Assembly (NCBI GenBank): GCA_963775425.1
Contig: CAVZJB010000008.1
Span: 224,001-288,000, forward strand
Direction of reading: 5' to 3'
From: an uncultured delta proteobacterium
Lineage (GTDB): Bacteria > Myxococcota > UBA727 > VGSZ01
DNA length: 64,000 nt
Shown here in pieces: positions 41,379 to 50,818 of the stretch. Below the pieces are notes generated by a model. The model searched no databases. It was not told the origin of the DNA and saw only the letters and a program-made list of their open reading frames with translations. Position numbers and translations under genes: made by a program. Position 1 is the first letter of the stretch, and each line of letters starts with the position of its first letter.

Positions 41379-42035
41379 ATGGCGAAGCCGAGGCACCACA
41401 TCCTGGTGCGCGCGACGCATTGGGCGAACGCCGCGCTGCTGACGGGCATGATCGCCAGCGGGCTGCAGATCTACGGCGCGTTCCCGCACCTCGGCACGCG
41501 CGAGCGTCACCTGCCGAACCCGTTCGACGGCACGCACTTCCCGGCGGGGATGCGCCTCGGCGGCTGGCTCGCGGGCGGGCTGCACTGGCACTTCACGCTC
41601 GCCTGGTTCTTCATCGCCACCGGCCTCGTCTACGCGGGCACGCTCGCCGTCACCGGCGCGTGGCGCACGCTCTTCATCCGCCCGCGCGAGCTGAAGGCGG
41701 CGGGACAGATGGCGCTGTACTACCTGCGCGTGCGCAAGGAGCACCCGCCGCAGGGCAAGCGCAACGCGCTGCAGAAGGGCGGCTACTCCTTCATCATCGC
41801 CCTCGGCGCGCTGTCGGTGCTCACCGGGCTCGCCGTGTACAAGCCCGTGCAGCTCTTCTGGCTCACGTGGCTGTTCGGCGGCTACGAGCTGGCGCGCACG
41901 TGGCACTTCGTCGCCGTGTGGATCTTCGCGGCGTTCACGGTGGCGCACGTCGCCATGGTGTTCCTCGTCGACCCGTCGTCGCTGCGCGCGATGACCACCG
42001 GCGGCTACCGGGGGAGGTTCCCCGATGACCCGTGA
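41379..42035 (+). CDS. cytochrome b/b6 domain membrane protein (YdhU-like partner of the molybdoenzyme)
   Basis: VRATHWANA, SGLQIY, GGWLAGGLHWHF, NALQK, ARTWHF, AHVAM heme His ligands. Confidence 0.88.
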   Translation: MAKPRHHILVRATHWANAALLTGMIASGLQIYGAFPHLGTRERHLPNPFDGTHFPAGMRLGGWLAGGLHWHFTLAWFFIATGLVYAGTLAVTGAWRTLFIRPRELKAAGQMALYYLRVRKEHPPQGKRNALQKGGYSFIIALGALSVLTGLAVYKPVQLFWLTWLFGGYELARTWHFVAVWIFAAFTVAHVAMVFLVDPSSLRAMTTGGYRGRFPDDP

Positions 42036-42711
42036 CCGTCCCGCCGCGCCCGCGCCGCGCCTCGCGCTCCCCCGGCGCCGCCTGCTGACGCTCGCCGCAA
42101 CGCTGCCGGTGGCGGCGGCGTGCGAGCCCATCGGCCGCTTCAACGACTGGCTCGGCGGCGCGCTGCAGGGCGATCACCTCGCGCCCGAGTACACGCGCAC
42201 CACGAGCGACTTCCCCGCCTACTTCATCTCGCCGTCGATGCCCGAGCTCGACGACCCTGCGACGTGGACGCTCGCCGTCGGCGGCCTCGTGAAGACACCG
42301 ATGCGGCTCACCCTCGAGCAGCTCAAGGCGCTGCCGCGCACCACCATGACCGTGAAGCACTTCTGCGTCGAGGGATGGTCGGCCATCTCCACCTGGAGCG
42401 GCGTGCGCATCTCGGCGCTCGCGCAGCTCGTGCAGCCGCTCGCCGACGCGCGCTACGTCCGCTTCGACTCCTTCGACAACGGGTATTTCAACGGCTGGGA
42501 CATGAAGAGCGCCATGCACCGCCAGACGCTCCTCGCGTACGCGTGGAACGACCGCGACCTCGCGCCCGATCACGGCGCGCCGCTGCGCTTGGCCTCCGCG
42601 ATCAAGCTCGGCTACAAGCTCACCAAGTACCTGACGTCGGTGACCTTCACCGCCGAGCGGCCCGGCGGCTATTGGGAAGACCAGGGCTACCCGTGGTTCG
42701 GCGGCGTCTGA
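42025..42711 (+). CDS. molybdopterin-dependent oxidoreductase (sulfite oxidase / MsrP-YedY-like)
   Basis: Twin-Arg lipoprotein signal PRRRLL...AAAC; HFCVEGWS, WSGV, HRQTLLAY, HGAPLRL, KLGYK, GGYWEDQGY. Confidence 0.88.
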   Translation: MTRDRPAAPAPRLALPRRRLLTLAATLPVAAACEPIGRFNDWLGGALQGDHLAPEYTRTTSDFPAYFISPSMPELDDPATWTLAVGGLVKTPMRLTLEQLKALPRTTMTVKHFCVEGWSAISTWSGVRISALAQLVQPLADARYVRFDSFDNGYFNGWDMKSAMHRQTLLAYAWNDRDLAPDHGAPLRLASAIKLGYKLTKYLTSVTFTAERPGGYWEDQGYPWFGGV

Positions 42712-43601
42712 GGCGCGGAGCCCGACGTTGATGTCGACGATGATTGCGACGACGATTGCGGCGGCGGCGGCGGCGGCGGCTTGGGCGCCGTCACCTTCAT
42801 GGCCGCGAGCGCCGTGCGCGCGTCGGCGGCCTCCGCGGAGCTCGGGTGCTCGCGCACGAGCTGTTGGTACAGGCGCGCGGCGGTGTCCGCGTCGCTGAGC
42901 TTCTCGTCGGCGATCTGCGCCGCCTGCAACAGCGCGTACGGCGCCTTGGGCGTGTCACCGAACTCGTCGGCCACGCGCTGGTAGCGCCACAGCGCGCCCT
43001 GCCACTTCTGGCGCTCGGCGTAGAACTTGGCGGCGTACAGGTCGGTGTCGGCGAGGCGCGCGCGCGCCTCGGTGCGCAGGCGCTTGGCCTCCTTGACGTT
43101 TTCGTCGTCGGGGAAGCGGGCGAGGTACTCGTCGAACGCCTTGATGGCGTCGCGCGCGGCCGACTGGTCCTTCTCGACGGCCGTGGGGAACCACCACACG
43201 TCCTGGTCGATCTCCTTGGAGTACGCGAGCGCGATGCGGAAGGTGGCGTAGGGCACCTTCTCGTGCCGCGGGTGGAAGCGCACGAAGATGCGGTAGGCGT
43301 CGGCGGCCTCGAGCCACTTCTCGCGCGCGAAGTGCGCGTCGGCGGTGCGCAGCTCGGCGAGCACGGCGTACTTGGAGTACGGGTACTTGTTCTTCACGTG
43401 GTCGAAGAACTTCACGGCCTCCGGGAAGCGGCCGTCCTTCATGGCCGTCTCGCCCTCTTCGAAATTCTGGCGCGCGGTCTCCTGATAGTCGACCTGTGTG
43501 TCCTGGAGGTTGGTCTCGAAGGCCTTGCAGCCCCCGAGGGTCCCGATGAGCACGGCGGCGAAGGCGAAGCGGCGAAGGGCGGTGCGCGAGAGGGCGGTCA
43601 C
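42687..43601 (-). CDS. bamD: outer membrane protein assembly factor BamD
   Basis: Lipobox LGGC; KYPYSKYAVLAELRTADAHF, FVRFHPRHEKVPYA, DQSAARDA, A.FY...WQGA..RY; GTGA overlap with the upstream gene. Confidence 0.88.
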   Translation of the reverse strand: MTALSRTALRRFAFAAVLIGTLGGCKAFETNLQDTQVDYQETARQNFEEGETAMKDGRFPEAVKFFDHVKNKYPYSKYAVLAELRTADAHFAREKWLEAADAYRIFVRFHPRHEKVPYATFRIALAYSKEIDQDVWWFPTAVEKDQSAARDAIKAFDEYLARFPDDENVKEAKRLRTEARARLADTDLYAAKFYAERQKWQGALWRYQRVADEFGDTPKAPYALLQAAQIADEKLSDADTAARLYQQLVREHPSSAEAADARTALAAMKVTAPKPPPPPPPQSSSQSSSTSTSGSAPQTPPNHG

Positions 43602-44896
43602 AACTCGAGTCGATAACCGAGGAGCACGCCCGCGGCAATCGGCGCGAAATTCGCGACCTTGTCGGACAGATCCGCGCACACGTCGACGGGCGCGGCGATG
43701 AGGAAGCGGCCGGGGCCCGCGGGGAACGTCGCCTCGGGGGCGACGCGCAGCGTCCCGCCCACCACGGTCACGGTCTGCAGGATGCCGGCACCGGACACCG
43801 TGTGCTGCGTGATGCGTGCGCCCACGCCCACCGCGAGATCGAGCTCGGCGTCGAGCATGTCGAGGAGGCCGAGGCCGAGGATGCCCTCGAGCCGCACGCG
43901 CGTCGACGCCGCGTCCCAGCGGCCGTTGGAGATGTCCTTCACGAACGCGCCCTGGCCCTCGAAGTCCAGCGCGACGCCGAGCGCGGCGTCCACGGCGCGG
44001 GGCCCGAGCATCACGCGCACGCCGCCCGCGGGCACGAGCGTCTCGAGCCCGTTGACGACGGCCGAGCCGCCCGCGTGCACCTCGGCGTAGACCTTGGGGA
44101 ACGCGAGCGCGCCGGCGTCGCGCCCCGCGGGGGCGCTCGAACGCTCGCGCGCAGGCTCCGTCGCCGGCGGCGCCGTCGTCGTCGACGGTGCCGTCGTCGT
44201 CGTCGTCGCCGTCGTCGTCGGGGCCGGGGGCGTCGTCGTCGTCGCCGGCGTCGTCGCGGGGGGCGTCGTCGCGGGCGTCGTCGTCGTCGTCGCGGCCGGG
44301 GGGGGCGTCGCGGGTGGCGTCGTCGTCGCGGGTGGCGTCGTCGTCGCGGGCGGCGTCGTCGCGGGCGTCGCGGTGGCGGTCGTCGAGGCGGGCGGCGTCG
44401 AGGCGGGCGGCGTCGAGGCGGGCGGCGTCGCCGGCTCGCTCGCAGCAGGCGCGGTGTCGCTCAAGGGGACCAGCGGGATGTCGGCGTTGTTGGGGGGCGC
44501 GCGCTCGACCCCGATCCGGAGGGCCATGGGCTCGTGGACCTTGATCTGCACCACCGCGCTCCCCGTCGGCAGCGGCACCCGCTGGTGCTCGGGGTGGGAC
44601 GCAAAGAGCTTGCCCACGGCGCGCCCGCGGACGGTGGGGGCGGTGATGGTCAGGGTGCGCGCGTGGCGGTCGATGGTGACGGTCAGGTGCGCGCGCCCCT
44701 TGCCCAGGCGAGCGATGCGCACGACGTCGAGGGCGAGCTCGTCGCGCGGCGCTGCGTCATCGATGACGACGATGATCGGGGTCTCCGGGACGGCCTCGAT
44801 GAAGCCGGGCTCGAGGGCGAACGCCGGCGGGTTGCCCCGGACGTCGACGTGGGCGTCGGCGGCGACGACGAGCGAGAGCGCGAGCCAGGGGAGCAC
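43598..44896 (-). CDS. hypothetical secreted protein with Pro/Thr linker and C-terminal beta-barrel-like domain
   Basis: Signal MLPWLALSLVVAA; TTPPA-rich linker 44170-44430; amphipathic strands ending GVLLGYRLEL. Confidence 0.65.
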   Translation of the reverse strand: MLPWLALSLVVAADAHVDVRGNPPAFALEPGFIEAVPETPIIVVIDDAAPRDELALDVVRIARLGKGRAHLTVTIDRHARTLTITAPTVRGRAVGKLFASHPEHQRVPLPTGSAVVQIKVHEPMALRIGVERAPPNNADIPLVPLSDTAPAASEPATPPASTPPASTPPASTTATATPATTPPATTTPPATTTPPATPPPAATTTTTPATTPPATTPATTTTPPAPTTTATTTTTAPSTTTAPPATEPARERSSAPAGRDAGALAFPKVYAEVHAGGSAVVNGLETLVPAGGVRVMLGPRAVDAALGVALDFEGQGAFVKDISNGRWDAASTRVRLEGILGLGLLDMLDAELDLAVGVGARITQHTVSGAGILQTVTVVGGTLRVAPEATFPAGPGRFLIAAPVDVCADLSDKVANFAPIAAGVLLGYRLEL

Positions 44897-45010
44897 TGCG
44901 GGAGCCTACCTTGACCCGCGATGTGCGCGCTCCTTTGCGACCGGAGGCGGCGGCTCAAGCGGGCCTCGTTTTGCTTGGTGACCTCGTGGCGTGGTACCTC
45001 AAGCAGACAC

Positions 45011-48000
45011 ATGCAGATCGCCTGTCCGCAGTGCCAAGCCAACTACAACGTCGACGAGGCGCGCATCCCGACGCAGGGCGTCCAGATCAAATGCCCTCGC
45101 TGCCAGCACACCTTCGTGGTCCCGTCGCCGTCGTCGCCAGGGGCCGTGCCCCTGCCCGGCCAGGGCGGCGCGGTCCCGCTGCCGGGCCAGGGCGGGGCGG
45201 TCCCGCTGCCGGGCCAGGGCGGGGCGGTCCCGCTGCCGGGCCAGGGCGGGGCGGTCCCGCTGCCGGGCCAGGGGCGCAGCCCCGGGGCGGTGCCGCTGCC
45301 GGGCGCCGGCGCGGTCCCGCTCCCCGGCCAGGGCGGCGCGGTCCCGCTGCCAGGGCAGGGCGGCGCGGTCCCGCTGCCCGGCCAGGGCCGCGGCGCGGTG
45401 CCGCTGCCGGGGCAGGGCGGCGCGGTGCCGCTGCCGGGCCAGGGCGCGGCCCCGCGCGGCTCGCTGCCGTCGATGGAGGAGATCTTCGGCACCAGCTCCC
45501 CGAGCATCCCCGCGCCCGCGCCGCCCGCGACGGCGCCGCCGGGGCAGTCGATGTCCATCGGCGACATCTTCGGCGACGACGGCAACAACCCCGCCGAGGA
45601 GAGCAACCGCTCGCCGCACCCGTTCCACGGCAACAACTCCGTGATGGTCGACGCCGGCCGCGAGGTGCTCGACTTCATCAACGACGCCGGCAGCCCGTCG
45701 GCGCCGCCGCGTGAGGAGAGCTTCCAGATCCGCAAGCGCTCGGGCCGCGTCCTCGGGCCGCTGTCGACGACGGAAGTCCTCACCATGTTCCACAAGGGCG
45801 ACCTGCTCGGCAGCGAGGAGGCGTCCACCGACGGTGTCACCTGGCGGCCGCTCGCGCAAATCCCTGCGTTCGCGCAGACCATCCAGCAGGCGATGGCCAA
45901 CGCGCTCTCCGGCCTCGACGACCTGCCGGTGCCCAAGGGCTCCGGGTTCGACAACCTGCCCGCCCCCAAGGGCGCGGGCTACGACGACCTGCCCGTCCCG
46001 CGCGACAGCAACATGGACCTGCCGGTGCCCAAGGGCCCGGGCGGCGTCGACGCGCTCGGCGTCGACACGGGCCAGTTGCGTGACGCCGAGAAGGCCAAGG
46101 CGCTCGTCGAGCGCAAGCGGCAGCGCAAGGAGCGCACGGCGCTGCGCGCGGCGTCGGTCGCCGTCATCGTGCTCCTGTTTCTCGCCGCCGGCATCGGCAT
46201 CAACTTCATCAAGCCCGACGTCGGCTACTTCGGCTACAAGCTCGTCTACCACCCGAAGGGCGCCGCGCTGCCGCCGAAGCCCACGGAGCTGGAGCCGCCG
46301 CCGCCGCCGGTCGCGCTCCCCGCCGTCGACGTCGACACCGAGGAGCTCATCGCGGCGGACACGTACATCGCGTATCGCCAGGGCGCCGAGCAGGCGCAGC
46401 GCGCGGTGGAGGCCGGCAAGGCGGTCAAGCCGTTTCCCGACAGCGCCAAGAAGGCCGCCGCGCAGCACGCGCGCTTCCTCGCGTACCTCGTCCTCGTCGA
46501 CGACCTGCCCGCCTTCGTGCCCAAGCTGCGCGAGTCGCTGGCCCTCGCCGACGGCGACGAGGTCGCCAAGGCGGTGGGCACGGCCGCGTCGAGCTACGTC
46601 GACAAGCAGTGGGACAAGGGCATCGGCGCGCTGAAGCCGCTCACCGACGACAAAAAGAAGCTCACGCCCGAAAGGAGGGCGGAGGTGTGGACGTGGATCG
46701 GCATCGGCGACCGCGGCAAGGCCGACCTCGACGCCGCCGTGAGCGACTTCGACAAGGCGCTGCAGGCCACCACGTCCAAGAAGCTCGCGCTCTACCTGCA
46801 GGCGCAGACGCTCGTGGACGCGAGCCAGCCCGCCCCCGCGCTCGAGTACGTCGACAAGGTGCTCTCGCTCGACCCGACGCACCCGCGCGCCAACATCTTG
46901 AAGGGCACGCTGCTCGCCGACGACTTCAAGACCCTCGATGAGGGAAAGAAGATCCTCGTGGCCATCACCGAAGGCGACAAGGGCAAGGACGCGTCGCCGC
47001 CCGAGCTCGCGCAGGCGTGGATCGGCCGCGCCAACGTCGCCATCGTGGGGCAGAAGTATCCGGACGCGCTGCGCTACGTGCAGAAGGCCGTCGAGCTCGT
47101 GCCGTTGAACCGCACCGTGCGCGTGCGGGCCGCCGAGATGGCGCTGCGCCTGCGCGACTACAAGGTGGCGCAGGCCAACGGCGAGAAGCTCCTCGAGGCC
47201 AACCCCGAGGACATCGACGGCCTCATCATGGTGTCGCGCGCGCGCATGGGAAACCGCGACGCCCTCGGCGCGTACTCGGACCTCCAGGTCGCGGTGAAGA
47301 AGCACCCGAACAACGCGCTGCTCAACTACTGGTTCGGCGTGGCGGCGCGCGAGATGTCCAAGCTCGACGAGGCCCGCTCGCAGTTCGAGAAGGCCGCCAA
47401 GCTCGATCCCAAGCACGCCGACCCCATCATCGACATCGTCTACGACCTCATCGAGCAGGGGAAGCTCACCGAAGCGGTCAAGCGCGCCGGCGACGCCGAG
47501 GACAAGGTGTTCGTCGGCGAGCGCTACAAGGTGCGCGCGGCCAAGGCGTTTGCGTACGCGCGGCGCCGGCAGTTCGAGCAGGCGGAGAAGGAGTACGTCG
47601 CCGTGCTCAAGGAGAGCCCGCGCGACACCGACACGCGGGCGCGCCACGCCACCATGCTCATCGCCCAGCGCCACCTCGACGACGCCGCGGCCGAGATCAA
47701 GAGGGCCGAGGAGCTCGACGCCAAGAACCCCGCCGTCATCGTCGCCGCCGGCGACCTCCTCGCCGCGCGCGGCGACAACAAGGGCGCGATGACCCGCTAC
47801 GAAGAGGCCATGCAGCTCGCGCCCAACAACTACATGCCCTACCTGCATGCGGCGCGCACGGCGGTGGCGCTCAAGGATCTCGGGCGCGCCAAGGGCTTCG
47901 TGGACACCGCGCAGCAGTTGCGCCCGAGCGTCGCCGAGGTGTTGGCCATGCAGGCCATCGTCACCAAGAGCATGGATCCCAAGGCCGCGTCGCGCACGAT

Positions 48001-48601
48001 GGAGCAGGCGATCGATCAGGCCCCCGAGGAGCCCGTCTATCCCTACGAGCTCGGGCTCATCTTCTCGGGCATGGTGGCGTACCCCGAGGCCATCGACGCC
48101 TTCAAGAAGGCCGTCTCCCTCGACCCCGACTACGTCGACGCCTACTACCAGCTCGCCAAGGTGCAGCGGGAGCTCAACCGCATCAAGGACGCCAAGCAGT
48201 CGTTGGAGAACGCGGTGCGCATCGATCCCAAGCGCACCGACTGCTGGCTCGAGCTCGCGGCCATCTACCAGCAGCAGGGCGACGAGGCGGGCTCGCTGCG
48301 CGCCTACGAGCGCGCCCTCAAGGCGGACCCGAAGAACCCCGCGTCGGTGTGCCAGATGGGCGAGACGCTCGTCGTCATGTTGGGCAACGACAACAAGCAG
48401 CTCAAGCGCGGCATCGACGCGCTCGAGCGCTGCGTGAGGCTCGCGCCCAAGCACGAGAGCGCGTGGAAGAACCTCGGCAACGCCTACAAGACGCTCGGCA
48501 AGAAGAAGGACGCCGTCCGCTGCTACGAGCGCCACCTCGCCGTGAACCCAGACGACCCGGACAACGGGGACGTGAAGCAGAGCCTGGCCGACATGCGCTG
48601 A
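45011..48601 (+). CDS. zinc-ribbon (MJ0042-type) + GYF_2 + TM + multi-TPR protein
   Basis: MQIACPQCQANYNVDEARIP..G..IKCPRCQHTF; FQIRKRSGRVLGP...G.L.G.E..S.DG..WRPL..IP.F; TM; many TPRs. Confidence 0.88.
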   Translation: MQIACPQCQANYNVDEARIPTQGVQIKCPRCQHTFVVPSPSSPGAVPLPGQGGAVPLPGQGGAVPLPGQGGAVPLPGQGGAVPLPGQGRSPGAVPLPGAGAVPLPGQGGAVPLPGQGGAVPLPGQGRGAVPLPGQGGAVPLPGQGAAPRGSLPSMEEIFGTSSPSIPAPAPPATAPPGQSMSIGDIFGDDGNNPAEESNRSPHPFHGNNSVMVDAGREVLDFINDAGSPSAPPREESFQIRKRSGRVLGPLSTTEVLTMFHKGDLLGSEEASTDGVTWRPLAQIPAFAQTIQQAMANALSGLDDLPVPKGSGFDNLPAPKGAGYDDLPVPRDSNMDLPVPKGPGGVDALGVDTGQLRDAEKAKALVERKRQRKERTALRAASVAVIVLLFLAAGIGINFIKPDVGYFGYKLVYHPKGAALPPKPTELEPPPPPVALPAVDVDTEELIAADTYIAYRQGAEQAQRAVEAGKAVKPFPDSAKKAAAQHARFLAYLVLVDDLPAFVPKLRESLALADGDEVAKAVGTAASSYVDKQWDKGIGALKPLTDDKKKLTPERRAEVWTWIGIGDRGKADLDAAVSDFDKALQATTSKKLALYLQAQTLVDASQPAPALEYVDKVLSLDPTHPRANILKGTLLADDFKTLDEGKKILVAITEGDKGKDASPPELAQAWIGRANVAIVGQKYPDALRYVQKAVELVPLNRTVRVRAAEMALRLRDYKVAQANGEKLLEANPEDIDGLIMVSRARMGNRDALGAYSDLQVAVKKHPNNALLNYWFGVAAREMSKLDEARSQFEKAAKLDPKHADPIIDIVYDLIEQGKLTEAVKRAGDAEDKVFVGERYKVRAAKAFAYARRRQFEQAEKEYVAVLKESPRDTDTRARHATMLIAQRHLDDAAAEIKRAEELDAKNPAVIVAAGDLLAARGDNKGAMTRYEEAMQLAPNNYMPYLHAARTAVALKDLGRAKGFVDTAQQLRPSVAEVLAMQAIVTKSMDPKAASRTMEQAIDQAPEEPVYPYELGLIFSGMVAYPEAIDAFKKAVSLDPDYVDAYYQLAKVQRELNRIKDAKQSLENAVRIDPKRTDCWLELAAIYQQQGDEAGSLRAYERALKADPKNPASVCQMGETLVVMLGNDNKQLKRGIDALERCVRLAPKHESAWKNLGNAYKTLGKKKDAVRCYERHLAVNPDDPDNGDVKQSLADMR
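45140..45445 (+). repeat. ~27-bp coding tandem repeat, 11 units (GAVPLPGQG)
   Basis: ggcgsggcggtcccgctgccgggccag units read directly in the sequence. Confidence 0.9.
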
Positions 48602-48605
48602 TTCG

Positions 48606-49370
48606 TCAGCGGGCGCGGCGGGGGCCGAGCCCGAGCACCACGAGGAGCGCGAGCACCGCGGACGTCGAGGGGACGTGGACGGGGACGTCGCCGGGGCCTT
48701 CGCATTCGGCGCCGTCGACGTCGCCTTCGCCCTCGCCCTCGCCCTCGGCCGGCTCGGCGGCGACGCACACCGGTGTGGCGGCGGAGGCGTTGCCGGCGAC
48801 GTCGGTGACGGTGACGTCGACGCAGGCCTGGCCGTCGACGACGGGGGCGTTGGCGCGCAGGGTGTAGCCGTCGACGGTGGCGCCGACGACGGTGCCGTCG
48901 GCGAGGGACGCGGTGATCATGCCGACCTGGGTGTCGTCGCTGACCTCGAGCCCGACGATCATGTCCTCGCCGCCCGCCGGATCGCCGCCGACGGCCACCG
49001 CGTGGTGGTCGATGACGACCGGATCTTGCGCCAGCGCGGGCGGCGTGTGGTCGGGCGGCCCCGCGGTCCACGTCGAGGTGCTCTCGCCGGCCGCCGACGT
49101 CACCGTGACGCTGACGGCGGCGCCGGCGGCGGGCGGTGCGGCGAAGGGGATGACGACGACGCAGCAGCCGACGGCGACGGGGTCGCCGAGTGAGGCGGGG
49201 GCGCCGTCGACGGTGGCGGCGGCGCCGATCTGATCGAGCGAGGGCGCAGGATCGCCGAGCGCGTACAGCGAGGCGTTCTGCGGCGCCGTGGTGCCGTCGC
49301 GCGGCCGCAGCTCGCTCGGGAACGGGGGCAGCGGCGGCAGGGCGAGGGCGAGGAGGGCGAGGGCGAGCAT
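48606..49370 (-). CDS. secreted Ig-like protein with GE linker and C-terminal sorting-like tail
   Basis: Signal MLALALLALAL; DHTPP, VTVTDVAGN; EGEGEGEG; C...AVLALLVVLGLGPRRAR. Confidence 0.7.
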   Translation of the reverse strand: MLALALLALALPPLPPFPSELRPRDGTTAPQNASLYALGDPAPSLDQIGAAATVDGAPASLGDPVAVGCCVVVIPFAAPPAAGAAVSVTVTSAAGESTSTWTAGPPDHTPPALAQDPVVIDHHAVAVGGDPAGGEDMIVGLEVSDDTQVGMITASLADGTVVGATVDGYTLRANAPVVDGQACVDVTVTDVAGNASAATPVCVAAEPAEGEGEGEGDVDGAECEGPGDVPVHVPSTSAVLALLVVLGLGPRRAR

Positions 49371-49445
49371 GGCGAGAAGGGTAGCGGGTCACAGCGCGCT
49401 TGCACGCGGGTTGCGCGCGCGCCCTCGGGCGGCATCATGCGCGGG

Positions 49446-50141
49446 ATGCCCACCCGTGCCCCCTCGCTCGTCGCCCTCGCCGCCCTCATCGCGCCGCTCG
49501 CGTGCGTCGCCGTCGCCGCTTGCGACGGCACGCCCGGCGAAGGCGAAGGAGAGGGAGAAGGAGAAGGCGAAGGAGAGGGAGAAGGCGAAGGCGAAGGAGA
49601 GGGAGAGGGCGAGCTCGGCTTCCCGCTGCGCACCCCGGGGACCGTGACCCTGCCCTGCGACCCCGGCGGCCTCCTCTGCGACGCCGACGGCACCGCCGAG
49701 GTCCCGCAGATCGACGTCGTGTGCACCTTCCGCCAGGGCAAGGACGCGGTGGTCTACGTGCAGGCGAACCCGACCTCGACGAGCCCGTTCGGCTTCGGCG
49801 TCTACGAGGACGTCGCCGGCTTCCTCCACGACAACGCCGACGACAGCACCGTCGACGTCCCCGCCGCCTACGACTACGGCAGCAACCACCACAACGACGT
49901 CTTCGACGTCACCATCGACGGCGACGTCTACCGCTACAACCACTCGAGCTTCGGCTTCGGCTTTCGCGCGTGCCAGGCGCCGGACTGCATCCAGAAGCTC
50001 GACGCCGGCGGCGCCGTCGTCGACGACGGCTGCACCGCCGACCGCACCATCCCCGAGGCCTGCGCCTACGTCACCGACGGCACGCTCCCGCCGCTCGAGG
50101 ACACGTTCGCGAAGTGCGCCGGCGATCCGAACGGTCCGTGA
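49446..50141 (+). CDS. hypothetical lipoprotein with (GE)13 linker
   Basis: Lipobox AVAAC; GE run 49536-49613; Cys-rich domain with YDYGSNHHND, YNHSSFGFGFRACQ; alternative start at 49437. Confidence 0.75.
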   Translation: MPTRAPSLVALAALIAPLACVAVAACDGTPGEGEGEGEGEGEGEGEGEGEGEGEGELGFPLRTPGTVTLPCDPGGLLCDADGTAEVPQIDVVCTFRQGKDAVVYVQANPTSTSPFGFGVYEDVAGFLHDNADDSTVDVPAAYDYGSNHHNDVFDVTIDGDVYRYNHSSFGFGFRACQAPDCIQKLDAGGAVVDDGCTADRTIPEACAYVTDGTLPPLEDTFAKCAGDPNGP

Positions 50142-50143
50142 CC

Positions 50144-50794
50144 ATGCGCGCCCTCGCCGCAGAGCTCGTCGTCGTCGTCGTCGTCGTCGTCCTCGCCCCC
50201 TCCCTCGCCTGCGTCCCCTCGCCCGCCCCCGCGGGCGCAGACGCCGGCCCCGTCGACGACGCCGGCCCCGACGCGCTGCAATACCTCCCGGCCATCGAGG
50301 ACGCCTCCGACCTCGACGCGCTGCGCGGCGAGCAGGGCGACACCAAGTTCCTCGCGCAGGTCGAGGGCGCGCCCGTCACCGCGCCCATCGCCGACGCCTG
50401 CGAGTTCCAGAACACGGCGCTGTACCCGTTCCACCTGCCGTTCTTGAACGCGCAGCCGGGCGGCGAGGACATCAGCTTCGACGAGTACGTCGCGCGCGTC
50501 ATCAAGCGCGACACGCGCGTGTGGTGGGGCGGCGAGGTCGTGTTGCTGCCGTCGACGCCGCACCCGCTCACGGGGGAGCCCGGCGTCCTCGCGTGGTCGC
50601 TGTACACCGAGGACAGCGCGGGCAACCGCCTCACCCTCGACGACGTCCGCGCCGGCGACGCCCGCCTCCTGCCGTGCATGCCCGGCTTTGCGGGGCAGCT
50701 CGCGTTCTCTCCGTCGGACAACGAGCAGCTCCAGACGGTCCGCGACGGCCAGGCCGCGCTCGCCGCCGACGGGATCGCCGTCCTGCTGCCGTAA
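50144..50794 (+). CDS. hypothetical lipoprotein
   Basis: Hydrophobic signal with lipobox SLAC; coupled to the upstream stop; FQNTALYPFHLPFL. Confidence 0.7.
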   Translation: MRALAAELVVVVVVVVLAPSLACVPSPAPAGADAGPVDDAGPDALQYLPAIEDASDLDALRGEQGDTKFLAQVEGAPVTAPIADACEFQNTALYPFHLPFLNAQPGGEDISFDEYVARVIKRDTRVWWGGEVVLLPSTPHPLTGEPGVLAWSLYTEDSAGNRLTLDDVRAGDARLLPCMPGFAGQLAFSPSDNEQLQTVRDGQAALAADGIAVLLP

Positions 50795-50818
50795 CGAGCA
50801 GTCGAGCCAACGAGGGAG

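Noticed and set aside
45011-48601. Naming this gene gltJ/agmX or sgmX
   Set aside because: It shares ZnR-GYF with GltJ but has TPRs rather than a TonB-C domain; orthology cannot be established by eye
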